A DNA stretch of 59,337 bases, filler included, from Nemertoderma westbladi (taxonomy: Eukaryota; Animalia; Xenacoelomorpha): assembly GCA_032718475.1 (NCBI GenBank). It is 3 parts of 3 records of this genome, joined end to end, with 100 filler letters (N's around TTAATTAATTAA, not from the genome) between each part and the next. Parts side by side here need not be neighbours in the genome. Positions count along the whole stretch, not along the records: positions 21,447 to 41,670 come from JAUCBJ010003740.1; positions 41,771 to 59,337 come from JAUCBJ010008502.1; 1 more part is not named here. One strand, given 5' to 3'. Position numbers and translations under genes: made by a program. This document shows, piece by piece, positions 35,071 to 48,300 of this stretch (its first letter is position 1; every line of letters begins with the position of its first letter). The notes under the pieces are model-generated. The model had not been told where the DNA came from. It searched no databases and worked only from the letters and a program-made list of their open reading frames with translations.

Positions 35071-36309
35071 TTCACATGTACACAAGATCCCAAATACAAC
35101 TCGCGATAATACTTATAATACTAATATTACAGTACAATATAATACTATACAGTAGGGCTACTACATACTACAATGTTTTTTGAAGCCTTAGGCATTGATG
35201 TGCTTTTGAATTTACCGCTACACTCTTTGGAAGCAAGTAATCTTGATACAGCACGGTTGCTATGCAACAAAGTAACAATTCATCATTATGTGGAATATGT
35301 GGCCTTCACCTACAGAGAAAATAAAGAAATTTATGAAAAGTTTATGGAAGTTTATGAAAATTCTCAAAAATTTCAATTAGAACAGGGTAAACAAAATGTT
35401 CCCCAACTTAAAAACTAAAAATCGGCTTTATAAACCGTTTACATATTATACATCTCTATTTTCTCATTTTAAACGTAAATTTTTACAGACTGGGCTGCGG
35501 GCACGACCTGGCACAGTGGAAAACATCCGTGATGTGGCGTATCCTGTCCGTAAAGCTAAACCTAATCAATGAATTGATGCCTATCCCGCAAACTTTGAAA
35601 CACAATCTAATTTTTTACTGTAGTCATTTATACTCTATTTATATATTTATAGGTAGAGGTTTGCAAATGAAACTGTAAATTCCAGAATTACAGTAGTATA
35701 TTTCAGAATTTCAGCATGTAGGCTTCTTACTGTGTAACACAGTCGACAGACATAACAGGAGAAACTGACTAGTGAGAATATCTATTAATCAGTACCGAAA
35801 CATATTTCAAAAAACCCGCCATATAATTTGCTAATTTGTAGCTACTGTATTTTTTTGGTACAGTAAAGGTACTATGTTTTTTTATATCAATGTAAGGCTT
35901 TCTTATTTGGCATGATTCAGTGATTGGCATGATTCAGCATTATTTTCCTACTTTACTTACCATATCATATGAGAGTGGTTCTATTATTAGCACTTTTTGT
36001 TCTTCAATTGGACATTTTTAGGTGTGACGTCACCATTTAGTTACTCTGGAGCCAACTGGTCCCATCAATAAAAACTAAACAATCAACTAAACAATCAACT
36101 CAACTTTCAAAAATCAACTTTCAACAATCAACTCAATGCCCGGATCTTTCTCATTTATATGCAAGTTGTACCGTTTTTGGAAAATAATTTCACGAATCAA
36201 TGATATTCTAAAAATAGCCTTTTCTACCAATGACGTCATATCTTGATTCATCTGGAGCCACCTGATCCGATCAATCATATCTAAAATGTATTTCAACAAT
36301 CAACTGAAT

Positions 36310-38674
36310 TAGTCCGGCAGCCACAATGGTATACCGAAAATTTTTGGACGGATTCAATTTTTTTGATGTTTTGAGTTCTATAGGTCCCACTTAATGAGGA
36401 AATGGCGATTATAACATTTTTGACTTTGGGCATTTTGAAATAACGACCTAGTTGCTAAGGACCACGTAATTCTAATTTAAAGCATAGCAACTGCAAACAG
36501 CATGTCATATTGGATTGAAATCTTCTACAAAGTCAATATAGTTCATTTACGAAATAATGACAGTATTTTTTGTCTGATTTTTAGATCCTGTTGCTATGGA
36601 GACGGCATTCAAGTTTAGTGTTTCGATTTCAAACGCCTTTAATTATACAATTAGTTACAAAATATGCACCAAAGTTAGTTAAATTATGTTTATTTTATTA
36701 GCGTGGCCTTTCTGTAACTTTAGACAAGGTTAAGAATCTAAATTGGGCTGATATTTATTTCCTAACCTGACATGTTTGAGTGTTAACATAATTATTAAAT
36801 ATTACAAATTTCAGCGATTATAACATTTAGGTGATGTTTCTATGGTAACTATATTTGTTATTTCCAGTTTAGCTCCTTTCTACTGTACTGTGTATCTTAT
36901 TTTATTGTACCCGTATTCATAAGTCGATACCGTAAGGGATAGTACAGATAAAGTGCATAAAGTACCTTAGCAAAGTAGATTAGAGTGGATTCTACTGTAC
37001 AGTATAGTATGTTCCTGCGTTCCAACATACGATATAATAATATTTCTAATATTCCAAATTTTGAGTTGGGTACTACAGTACTTTTTCTTGGGTGACCATT
37101 TCGATATGGAGAATTGGGTTTGGAATTCATAACTATTGATGATCATTAGTTATGATTATTAGTTAGGCCTATGATTTATCAATGAGTTAGGCATCACTTT
37201 TAGTGTTTTCTTTATGGAATAGCTAGTGAGTTTCCAGGTCTCTGCATTTAAATGGGACTTGTTCTATAGAAAATTGATATACTCGTAGTTTCTTATATGG
37301 AATGTTTTTTCATTGATATGAAAATGTCATTAGCTTGTTCTAGAAAATTGACATAGTTTTAGTTTCTTATACGTGAGTCGAATTGTTCATTTAATTGTCA
37401 TCGGTATGTTTTTTTAATGTTTTTTTAATAATTAAAATGGTACTGTATCGAATTAGGAATTACTAGCAATTACTGTAAAAAATTCTAAAATGACTAGTAC
37501 GAACTTTCATAAGATATTATGGGTGCCACCTGGAAAAAACAGTAACTATTGTTTGTATCTGGCAAAGCGAAAGTCATCAAGGCTTTGGGGAAAGGACTCA
37601 CTCTTACTTGTTTGGGAGATATGGAAGCACCGCAATCTACAGTCTTAATGGAATGTACTAACTTTATAACTGACTGGCGTGACTGCTATGGATATGACTC
37701 AGACAACATGATCCAGTCACGACAAAAGGTGTGCACAGAAAAAACAATTACCAGCTGTGCAAAGCTGCAAACAATACCACCAACCACTGACTCCTTCTCA
37801 GAGAACGTGAAAACAGTCCATTTGCAACAAGGTGTGGAAGAACTCAATGGACTATGGAACTTTTCCCAATATTTTACAGACGATTTAAAATGCCTTGTAA
37901 TGGCTCAGTAGAACTCAATAAAATTAATTCAGTATCGTTATACTTGTTTGAAAATTAATTTAATTATATTAAAAACATTTAAGGGAAAGGATCAGGTTAC
38001 AGTGACGGTGTTTTCTAACCAAAACAATAAACTATGCATTATTTCACTTGCGGTCAATTAGCGCTGAAGATCACTATTTTCACTTGCGGTCAAAGTGCGC
38101 CACTATCTGAAACAAGCAGGAAACAAATATTTATATATACATTTTAAAGTAATAATTTGTTGTCAAGGTTTGAAATGCTTCCGATGTGATGTCCGCAATA
38201 AATTACTGTGGTTTCCATGAAAACGGGTATTTGTTGCTAAACATATTTCTACACAAAATTGAAGTGGTGCATATTATTTAGGGAAACATATTATTAATAA
38301 AGTGCACAGACAAAACAAAAAACACATGAGTGTCAGTAGGCATAGTAGTTTTTCTTTGGAAAGATAGACTGATAGTTATAGTGCCTTCGTTACCATAGCA
38401 ACACTTCAATAGTTTCTCTAAAATTTTCATATTTTCCATCAAAATTACAACCAGTTCAAGCCCACCATTTAATCGCCATTCTGATTGCTAAGCTTTCAAA
38501 GAAATTGCTGTAGTCCATAGAAACGGGTCATTAATTCAAATTGCCCAAGGTGTCAAAGTCCATAAATCACTTTTTTATGTTAAGAGGGACCCCTAGACAC
38601 CAAAACATCCAAAAAATGTAATCCGTCCAAAAATTTTCGGTTGGGCCAAAAAGAGGTACGTGGCTGCCGGACTA
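36310..38674 (+). mobile_element. Academ-type DNA transposon (internally deleted) nested in the hATm right arm
   Basis: TIR TAGTCCGGCAGCCAC / GTGGCTGCCGGACTA; 3-bp TSD AAT (36307-36309 and 38675-38677); internal ORF 37549-37911 with XPG-like C-terminal motifs (GKAK...CYG...IPPTTDSFSENVKTVHLQ). Confidence 0.8.
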
Positions 38675-39009
38675 AATGCCCTAATCTTTCTCACTGGTGC
38701 AAGTTGCACCGTTTTTGGAAAATATTTTCACGAATCAATGATATTCTAAAAATAGCCTTTTCTACCAATGACGTCATATATTGATCCATCTGGAGCCACC
38801 TGATCCCATCATTGATTTTTGAAAAAAAAATCAGTATTCATATCAGGATGCCAAGCCTCCTCAATTGTATGAGTTGCTAAGCCATTCGGCAAAAAAAGTG
38901 ATTCCAGACACACCCTAATGTTCACACCACCACCAAACTGAGTATTGTAATGTAAGAATCTGTGTTGACTATGGTTAATGGGGTATGTATAATGTATATA
39001 GCCTGGGCC

Positions 39010-39550
39010 ATAAGTAACAATGGACATACGGTCAGAATCTGCCACCTTCCCAATGGCCAGAAATTTTGTCTTAAATTGGTTAATGACCATTCCAGAATCA
39101 TGGCAAAATGTAAGTAGAACTGATATCTTTTCTAATAGTTTATCACGACTGGTAGCAAGCAATACAAAGTCGATTAGTAATCTGATTGTAAAGATTTGTT
39201 CCTCACAACCCCTGCCCTTCATAGCACCGGCCTGCTCGGGACTGGGAAGGCACCATTTACTAAGTCTCTGTGTGATAATTATGTCAAACAACCTTGGGAA
39301 GGAGTTGATAGTTTGAACAGATACTTTGAAGCCCAAGATTAAAGACTGCTACAAGGTGACTGGTACCCCATGTATTTGGTGATAAACCGTTGGTGAAGAC
39401 TGAATTGATTAATGACACACTAATAAGAAACCATTGTACCTGTAGAGACTTCAATAACGATGCAGAGACTCCGTCAGGTCCAGGTTCCTTGAAGCTATTC
39501 ATATTTAGTCCAACTTCATCTAGTGTGCGGGTGGCGGGTTTAGGCATGAA
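39010..39550 (-). pseudogene. Deleted non-LTR RT remnant
   Basis: KEPGPDGV, EQAGAMKGRGCEEQIFTIRLLID, VLLATS...GMVINQFKTKF. Confidence 0.75.
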
Positions 39551-41160
39551 TTCAAAATGACATTATCCATAAGACCATTGACAAGCGGATATACGGATCG
39601 AATATAGACACCCATCACTGATGCACCCAGCAAACATTGTCCATGGGCTGGAAAATGCCCCTACACTTGTGCAGTCTACAATACTCTTTCATGTCAGCCA
39701 CTTAGTGCAGCTATATCGCTTTTTCTTCAGTTATCTTTATATAGTATGTTTCAAAATTGAACATTAAACCGTGTTTTCTTACTTTGAAATTCATCACCAC
39801 AAAGTTATGGAAAATACATTTAAATTAACAGTTTCCATCAGCAAGGACTGCCACACCAACCTAGATCACAACGACATACTTTTTTAAATAAATTATTAGC
39901 TTCGGTACTGATATAATGTTTATCAGTTAAAATTGCTCCATGACCGATAATTAAAGATGCCATTTGATTTGAAAGCTTTCTCATTAAAAGCATTTCCAAA
40001 AAGTTGCTTTCAGATCATCCACTCCACTCAAATTCGCTTTAGATGGTCTCTTCATAGCCATACCAAAGATATAATCATTGTTGTTTGCATAATAGCAATT
40101 GAGGCAAACCGAGCCACTTTACATCTCCTCCAGTCTCTGAAAATAACCCCCAGTTAAATCTTGCAATTTTGCATGGAACCACCAATAACAATCGTCGCAA
40201 AATATGCAGTTTGTAGAGTATCTGCAGACTCTGAAGCAGGTCCCACCATTCCATTATCTGTCATTGTCAAATGTCGTTACAACATCAACCAAAACTTATT
40301 CTAACCTAACTGATGAGTTTTCGGTTTGCTTGAGTAGTCAAATCTTTTAAATACAGGGCAGCAGGGAGGGGGTTATTATTTAAGAATACCGAAACGAGAG
40401 TCACATTAAGTTAATTTCCAACAAGTTTTTACAAAAACAAGGGAAAAAAAGTATAGCCTTTTCTCACTATTATCGAGTCGAGGTATTTTATTTACCTAGC
40501 ACAGCGAGGATAATAAAGGTCGAGAGTATTGGAAAAAATTAGAAAGAAATGTTCTATGTCGTTTTTTTCCCTTTGTAATACGTAATTTTGTTCTTAAATT
40601 GGTACTTTTTGTTACTTTTTGTTAATTCTTTAATAAAAGGTAAGAGCCATTTAGGATTAACGAATTCTAGATGGTCTGTCCCTCTGTCTGTTATATTTTA
40701 ACGGACAGATAAAGACAGGTTTACAGACCGAAACCAAAGCCATCCATCATATTGGAATACTGACATCAGAAATGGAATCACCGCCAGAAAAACCCCTTAA
40801 CTAAAATTTTAGCGAGGTCGTGTGCTTTCATAAATTTTGACTGACAGATTGTCTGATAAACAGACAGACTGTCACAGTCTGGAATTCATCAAACGCTAAA
40901 ACCCACCCTCCAGAAATGCAATCACCGACCAGGAAAACCCCTATATCGAAAATTTTAGTTATTAATAAATACTGTTTTCTTCCTTATTCTTTGAATATAG
41001 TTTGTTGAATTATTGGCGGGTAGATTTGAAAACTTTAAATACCAATTACATTTTTTGTTTTTATTTTTTATTTTTTACTCATGTACCTGATATCCCCTGG
41101 AAGCACTACACCAAATTGCATGAAATTTTCAGTAAATGTTCTTACTAATCCTTTATATTT

Positions 41161-41670
41161 AGGTCAGGTCAGGTATTCTAGGTCATTGATCAAGAAAACT
41201 TGCCACCTGTAGCTGCATAGACCCTCTTACTAGGGTTAATCTGGTCCTGTAACTAGGACCCCCTTCGTTCTGGGATAAGGACGCCGTTGGTCCTGGATTA
41301 AGGACCCATATACTTGGCTGCAGGGGTATATGGCCTGACCAGGCAGATGGTGATCTACCAATGGCTGGTCAGGAGTAGAGTGTTCTCATGTTCACTCTGA
41401 GTGCACTTCACTGCCCTGCACCTGGCAGCAGGGGTACAGGGCATGACCCAGCTGCTCACCAGTTTCACCAGCTGCTCAGCCTGTAGATGGCTTTCTCCCT
41501 ATGCTGCTGCGCTTGCCGCAACGGCTCTTGCCATGGGTGCAAGTGCGTTAGAACGGGAGTTCTTTGCTCGTCATGCAAGCCATTAGACCTTAACTTGTGT
41601 TCGAATGGGCCGATTGCAACTGATTCCGATACCCAAGCAATGCCTCCCGGTTTCAGTGGTTCCTTTGGCC
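41161..41670 (+). mobile_element. Possible 5' end of a CRE/NeSL-like non-LTR element: hairpin-rich leader and Cys-rich ORF start, cut by the gap
   Basis: ORF at 41487 MAFSLCCCACRNGSCHGCKCVRTGVLCSSCKPLDLNLCSN; several stem-loops upstream. The family call is tentative. Confidence 0.4.
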
Positions 41671-41770
41671 NNNNNNNNNNNNNNNNNNNNNNNNNNNNNN
41701 NNNNNNNNNNNNNNTTAATTAATTAANNNNNNNNNNNNNNNNNNNNNNNNNNNNNNNNNNNNNNNNNNNN
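41671..41770. other. Assembly gap spacer
   Basis: 44 N + TTAATTAATTAA + 44 N. Confidence 0.98.
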
Positions 41771-41890
41771 GAGCAATAAGGTAATTTATGCCCTATGATT
41801 GGCCTGGCTCATTATTCGCTACGCTGTACGCTTCTCATTGGCCTATCAATTAGCACCACACGAAAATAAATGGCCCCAAAATACAAATTT

Positions 41891-41958
41891 CCCGACTGGG
41901 ATTCGAACTCGTAACCTACGTAATGTAACCAACGCCTTAACCATCTGACCACTACGCC
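41891..41958 (-). other. tRNA-derived Pol III promoter-like sequence (degenerate tRNA or SINE head)
   Basis: A box TGGTCAGATGG (41951-41941) and B box GTTCGAATC (41908-41900) with tRNA-like spacing; no proper acceptor stem. Confidence 0.6.
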
Positions 41959-42103
41959 ACGAGAGTACCTAAGGGTTTTATGTGTACAAATATGAATAGG
42001 CATATTACATTACTGTAATTTAATCAAAATACGTCGGATTTTCAAAAGTTTTTACGTTAAAGTTAAACTACAAATGCTACCTTATAGTGAAATAATTCAT
42101 CAA

Positions 42104-42552
42104 TGACTAAAATTAGTGAAGGTCGGCAGATCCTGTGCAGCATTGTGCAGTATTGTGTATGATTGTGACTGATAACAAAGCATCTCCTAAAGAATGCGCC
42201 ATATACGTGAATCTATAGCCATCCCGTTGTGTCTAGTTTAAGTCATAACTCTGTTTACATATTTAGAGCGCCATGCCCTAAAGGAACTGTTAATATTTCC
42301 CGAAAGTGAATAATATTTGTCAGAGATGATATATATTGCGACCAGTCGAATAATACAGTAGGCCTACCCCGCAATACGGTTAGGCTTCCGAATCCAGTCT
42401 CCCGGGTATATCCAGCGGGTGAATGATCGCGCATAGACTGGCTTCGGCTAATGTAGTGTATCAAATACTTGTCATAGGCTAAAGACGATCTATTATCTAG
42501 AAGACATCCCAATTTGGCAGGTTAAACTGCTAAAGGTCTGAAAGCGCGAACA
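42104..42552 (+). mobile_element. Diverged 3' fragment of a BEL-type LTR
   Basis: Reverse-complement homolog of 5501-5950, ending GCGCGAACA. Confidence 0.85.
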
Positions 42553-42989
42553 TTTGTAGTGCAATAATTCTAGAATATCGTTTATTTGAAAAAGATAGAG
42601 AGAGCTATCGAAAGCTAATACAGTAATAAAAAAATAAATTTTTAGTGATTGATCATATAAGTTGTCACTTTTTGAATTCTTAAAATATTATTATATATAT
42701 ATATATATATATACTATTTATATTTTTTTTTTCAAAATACTATTTATATATATAAGGGTATATATACTATTTATATATTTTTTTTCAACATAATATTTAA
42801 CTATTCATACAGATATGCTAAATCAACCGTAATGTTTTTTCCAAAATTTCTACCCGGCACAGTGTAACATCTAATATTACAGGAATCCGGTCTTAAGGGA
42901 TTAAACCACTACCATAGCAAGTTGAGATTCAGTTAAAAATATGGGATAAATTCAAGTGAAATTATGTTTTTGATGAATGCGATAACACA

Positions 42990-43440
42990 TTATTGTGAAG
43001 GAATGCCAGGAAAGCTCCTGGTGCTGTATGGTGAATAGAAGGCACACCAATTCCGCCATATCGACAAGGAAGTGTTGGCTGATTCCAGATTGTAGGGGAC
43101 ATTTTCACATTGGTGGATGTCTCTGCTAAGATGTCTCTGCTAAGGTGCTAAGATGTCTCTGATGCCATCGTCCAGCTTTTTGGTGAGGGCCGGTTCAGTA
43201 AATGCTGGGGATGAACGGAGGATGCAGGTCAGTTTGGGCATCCCTAGCAAGGACGATACAGATTTTGTTACAGAATCACTCAACTATAATTTATAACACA
43301 ACTGATCTTCGTACTGCGCGAAGGCCCCATGAAGATGTAATAATTGTTGGCCTACTGACTGAAAAGGCTGGCATGCGGTTAAGCAATCTCAGGAACCGCT
43401 CTAATGATTAACTGTACAGGGAATTGTTGAGAAGATTGTA
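42990..43440 (-). pseudogene. CRE-like non-LTR retrotransposon remnant
   Basis: Minus-strand TLPCRYGGIGVPSIHHTAPGAFLA matches the LPxRxGGLG...AFLA motif found downstream of RT in such elements. Confidence 0.5.
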
Positions 43441-43512
43441 TCAACATAACATTAATCTCAATAATATAAACGAGGAATTAAGTTTTAGAACATAATTTAG
43501 CTTACGCTAATC

Positions 43513-43845
43513 TGGTGACCCACACGTGATCAGTAACTTTCTCTAGCTGACACACCTTGTACACTGTGCAGCTACAGATGGATCCCAACGACATTCTGCT
43601 CATCGCCCAGGCCCTCGAAGAATTAGCACAGGTACAACCCGTCACCGATCCCTCTCTAGCCATCACATCTGTGTCAGACTAACTGACAACCTTTTGGTCC
43701 CAGAGATCGGGTTCACTCAAGTGGAGGCGCAATTTGAGACGCGGACTCCACCGATAACTGCTAACAAGATGAAGTTCAACTATTTAGTAGCAGCCCTCGA
43801 CAATGCAACTGCTAAAGGGGTTCGCGATCTGATCCTCGATGCTCT
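43513..43845 (+). mobile_element. CsRN1-clade Gypsy 5' remnant: tRNA-Trp PBS and gag fragment
   Basis: TGGTGACCCACACGTGAT matches 16/18 of the tRNA-Trp PBS TGGTGACCCCGACGTGAT; it is followed by FTQVEAQF...KFNYLVAALD. Confidence 0.8.
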
Positions 43846-44228
43846 CGAAAAATATCGCGAGTAAAAAATATTGAGAGTAAAAATATCGCGAGTAAAATTA
43901 GCAATAATTTTTGGAATGAAACACGAGCTACTGTAGCTTCCAACTAAAACTAAATTTATTTAAAAAAATAAAAAATGTATAGTTACAATACTGTATAGTT
44001 TTTGTATAAATACTAGCAACCAACGAAAGCACTATCTACCTTCGAATACACTGGCTACCATGAAATTAATCTTACTCGCTATATTTTTACTCTCGATATT
44101 TTTACTCTTGATATTTTTTACTCACGATATTTTTCCACACTCAATAATTCTACTTGCGATATTTTTTCTCTCAATATTTTTACTCGCGATATTTTTACTC
44201 TCGATATCTTTACTCTCGATATTTTGAC
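43843..44228. repeat. Inverted arrays of ~17-bp AAAAATATCGCGAGTAA units (MITE-like)
   Basis: Forward units at 43848-43898; reverse units at 44070-44228. Confidence 0.75.
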
Positions 44229-45333
44229 TCACCACTAGGATGCATTGACGGGCTCCTTTACAACGCATCGCAACATCTACAGTTTGCGATCAGCCACATA
44301 CCATCCCAATTCATTATCAATTATTATTATTCAATTATTATCAAGACAAAGTCTCTTTTACCAGACGTTTCAGGAATGTAAATGGCTGACTACATAACCA
44401 CCTCATACCGACTGCAACAGAAGAAAATCATGCATCAGTGGACGGCAAGACCAAAAGTCCTATCTATCAAAAGCAATTTAATAGAAATTGTTAAATGATA
44501 AATAATAGATTATGGCATTTGTAGAATCTCAGCTGTTCGGTGAGTAGCGATTCAATGAAACATTACTGTGCCTTCGTCTCAAACCAAATGATGACGCTAA
44601 TATTGTGTATTATTGTGACACGCTAGTATTGAAGATTTAATTAATATCTAATATTGTTGTCAGTAAAAACAAATAGTAAATAAGATGACAATATTTATAG
44701 ATATATGACGTACAAACCGCCACAATTAGGTCAACTACACTAAAAGCATGGGAAGCAAATTTTAAAGATGATCCAAAATATCATACCGTGCAAGGTTCTT
44801 TGAAAAATTGATAAAGTTGTGTTGGGTTAACGACGAGTCATTTTATCACAAAGTCGTGATGTTTGGGAAGAATAATGTTACTTAACTACGATATTCTGAC
44901 TCGGATATATCGAGTTCAGTGGGAATTCGTACGTGTCCAGTCAGAACTGATTCTAAAAGATGTTTCTGAGACTGAATTATGGGATGGTTCACTGAATAGA
45001 GATGGCGTATGGCGTATATGTGTAGTACACACACGGCACGGGGAATATTATTATAAAACTTAATTACCGGATGCAATCAATTGTCAAAATTTACAATAAT
45101 TATAGTTAGTAGAAGCGTTTTATATAAATGAATTATAACTATAGGTTTATCTAATTGCGGATTAATATAATACTATTAGTTATAAAACACCTGAAATTAG
45201 GTCCATACGGAACTGAAATCTCCGTTATTTCAAATAGTATTATATAATATTTTAGTAATACGGGAACCAATAACAACACGAACGGTCGGCACCCAATAAG
45301 CAGCAACGAGAGGGGGAAATTAACATAAAAACA

Positions 45334-48300
45334 TTAATTAATTAAAAGAATGTGGAACAGCAATTCGATTTGAAGCGGGCCGCCTTCGTGTTGACCTGCC
45401 GCCCCGTGGACAACGGGAATTAAGGCGGAATCCAAATCGTCGAGGTACAGCCCGGGTAATTGGGTACCACGACAACCTGCGGAGTAGTTGATCGAGTCCG
45501 TCTCTATGGTAACACGGAGCCCCAAACAACGCAGTCCGTCGTCATGTAGCAACATGAGGTTGTGTTTAACAGCCCCGCAGAAGGCACGCGCGAGACTCTC
45601 CGAGAAGTTATCCACATCGATGCCGACGGCTTTCCGGACTTCCTCGCAATCTGTCCGCAGGAAGTAAACCTCGGTCCATCGGATCGCGTAACCGTTTCCG
45701 CGGGATTCCAACGGCGGTTGTCGCACTCGCCGACTTGGGATCCCGTCCAACCCACGGCCGTCTACCTGCGAGACCACCCCCCGGTTCGTCCAGCAACCCG
45801 TCGTTTCCACCCATCGGATTCGCACCGACTCACCCCCGTCCGTCGGCCCCTCCCGCAACCGACACTCTATATCCGCGTCTCGCATCGCGTGCAACGAGGA
45901 TCTAACCGTCTCCATGGTATCCGGGGTCACCTGGACCATAACACCGTCCTCCACTATAGTCGAGTAGGCGGTCATCGTGGGTGAGAGACCGGATGAGTTG
46001 AACACGATGAAGGAACCCGCGGTGAGGCAGCGGGGTTGGTCCGGACTGCGCGCGAACACCCGGGTCTGGTAGTCCCCTTCATCGGTTTGTACGCAAACTA
46101 GATGTGAGTCTGGGGTTGGGAGCTGGGAGTCCGGGGTTGGGAGCTGGGAGTCAGAGGGTGTCTGCGTTTCTGAAGCCTCCCAATCTACAGCTAAACCCGC
46201 CGCAAGCTTTAGAACGTGGTCGTTGCTACTGCTTACCGCACGCATAACGTCCGCGTAGGCGCGTGTCGGTAGGTACAACGTAGTCTGTCGCTGCCCCATC
46301 AGCAGTCGCGAGCCCGGGACCCGAACCAGGGTGAACTGGAACCCCGTGAAGTCGGCAAGGAGTTTCACGATGGTGCGACCCAGCTCGGCGTATACTGGAC
46401 GTCGATGGCGGTGGGTGACCCAGGGGTAGGGGTAGCGTGGGAAGGCGGGGTAGGCTGGGGAGGAGGGGGGAGTGCCGACGGAAGCATCGTGCCCTAGTCG
46501 GAGCAGCAGCCGCAACGGAAACAACCGCGCCCAAGGGACTTCCCACTTTTGAACGCCCAATCCGACTAGGTAGGGCGGCTGTGGAACGGGGAAGGGGGGC
46601 CGTGACGCCACCGCGCGGACGAAAGTGAAAGCGGCAAACGATGCCAATGGTTGCTGCACGAGGGCGCTAGACTGCTCCGGGTAGACGCTGAACTCCACCA
46701 GTGGAGCGACGCGACCACTCCCAACAGCCTCGTAAACCTCGTACATATAGTGTAAGACTTCCACTGGAGGGAGTGATTCCCCAATTTCCATAGTAACCAC
46801 AATAACAATCTCGTCCTGCCCAACAGCATGCATCCCGTCGCTACGGTAACACCAACAGTTGGTGCCGCAGGGTGCGGCTAGGCGACATATAGTCACATAT
46901 AGATTCATAGTCAAACAGAAAGTAACCGACTCGCTATTACAGCTGAGTAACTCTGTAGCCGAAGTACGAATACGAGACAGGTCCGTCTCCATGGAAATGT
47001 TACCAGGCGGCCCTACAGGGGGGAGTTTTATAGGCGGCAGGTTGGTGGAGGTGGCCGGCCATTGAGGGACTCTGTCTAGGACCCGACTGAGTGTCTGGGA
47101 CCCGCCGATTCCGCACTCGATGTCTCGCAGGAACCGGAGGATGGATGGGGACGTCTCCTCGGTGAGGTCGCTACCGGGGGCCAATCCGTCGGCGAAACGG
47201 ACCCGTCTGGGTGTCTCAGGGACCGCTGTACCGATACCAGTACCGCGGTCAGATGGTGCGGTTGGAACAACAGGAGGGGCGGCAGATGGAGCGGTTGGTA
47301 CAGCAGGAGGGGCGGGGCCAGTTACAGAAGGGGACGATTTTGTTACGTCGGTAGAAACCAAACTGGTAACAACGAATCGATCTGTGTTGGTTTGCGGTTT
47401 ACTATTAGACTCATCTGGAATACCCACAACGCCTCGTTGTTCTACTGCTGCGGTACTGCTAACAGCCTCGCCAGGAGCGACGGCTATGTCCTCCTGCACA
47501 TTCCCACCCGAAGCGATCCCCTCAACACCTATGCCGATGGATTCCGCCCGAGTCGCACCGTCTCTCCTCTGGTCACCCCAGATAAAACTATCACCAGGGT
47601 TTGGGTTGAACTTCGGTACGTTTACGGTGAGTTGTAAAGGCGGCTTCGCTTGCGATTTCGCCAATGTCATCGGCGACACCATGGAACAATACTCCATCGG
47701 CTTACGGAAATCTGGTCTTGCTTTACTCCGTCCGAGTTTATCGAAACACAATCCGCAGACGCGGCCCTCTCGGTTATCCATAAATACCAGTTTGGTTTTG
47801 TACAAACAGCAGAGACTGCAGTAGACGCCACCGCACGCGCGGCAATGGTGGCGGCGTTTCGTGATGGTAAATCGCCGACCGCACTTCATACAGATGGGGG
47901 CTTCGGCGTCTGGAATCCATCTGGGAGCGCGACAACCCACACTGTCCTCGGAGTCTGAAATCGGGTCATGTTCACCTGTGATGCTCTCAGGCATTCCCGG
48001 AAGACTCTGATTGGTTGGTTTTGGACCAACATAAGGTCTAAATGGAGGAGTGGGCGTAACTGGCGAATTATTAACATTAGAATTCTCAACAGTATAAGAA
48101 TGAGAAGAATCCTTGACGGTTGAATTTATAACACCTACAGGTGGATTGGATGTAGCAGAGTTTGAATCTTCATAAGGCGAAAATATATTTATGGGAACTT
48201 TGTCAAAAGCAACTATTTTGCTGCGGCCGGCAATCTCACCGTATTCAATCAGGTGGTGTGTGGATGGCTCTGTAGGAACAGCGGTGCGGCTTCTCGCGTT

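Larger units (their letters stand above)
32375..38917 (-). mobile_element. hAT-superfamily (hATm-type) DNA transposon, full length, with 8-bp TSD
   Basis: Near-perfect TIRs of >=240 bp starting TAGGGTGTGTC (32375-32618 and 38675-38917); TSD ATGTTCAC at 32367-32374 and 38918-38925; transposase inside. Confidence 0.93.

Noticed and set aside
38809-39336. 175-aa ORF as a gene
   Set aside because: Chimeric read-through from a LINE remnant into the hATm TIR.
40140-40290. Minus-strand CIFCDDCYWWFHAK PHD-like fragment
   Set aside because: Probably LINE ORF1 debris, too degraded to delimit.
41891-41958. Functional tRNA gene
   Set aside because: The acceptor and anticodon stems do not pair convincingly; kept only as a tRNA-derived sequence.
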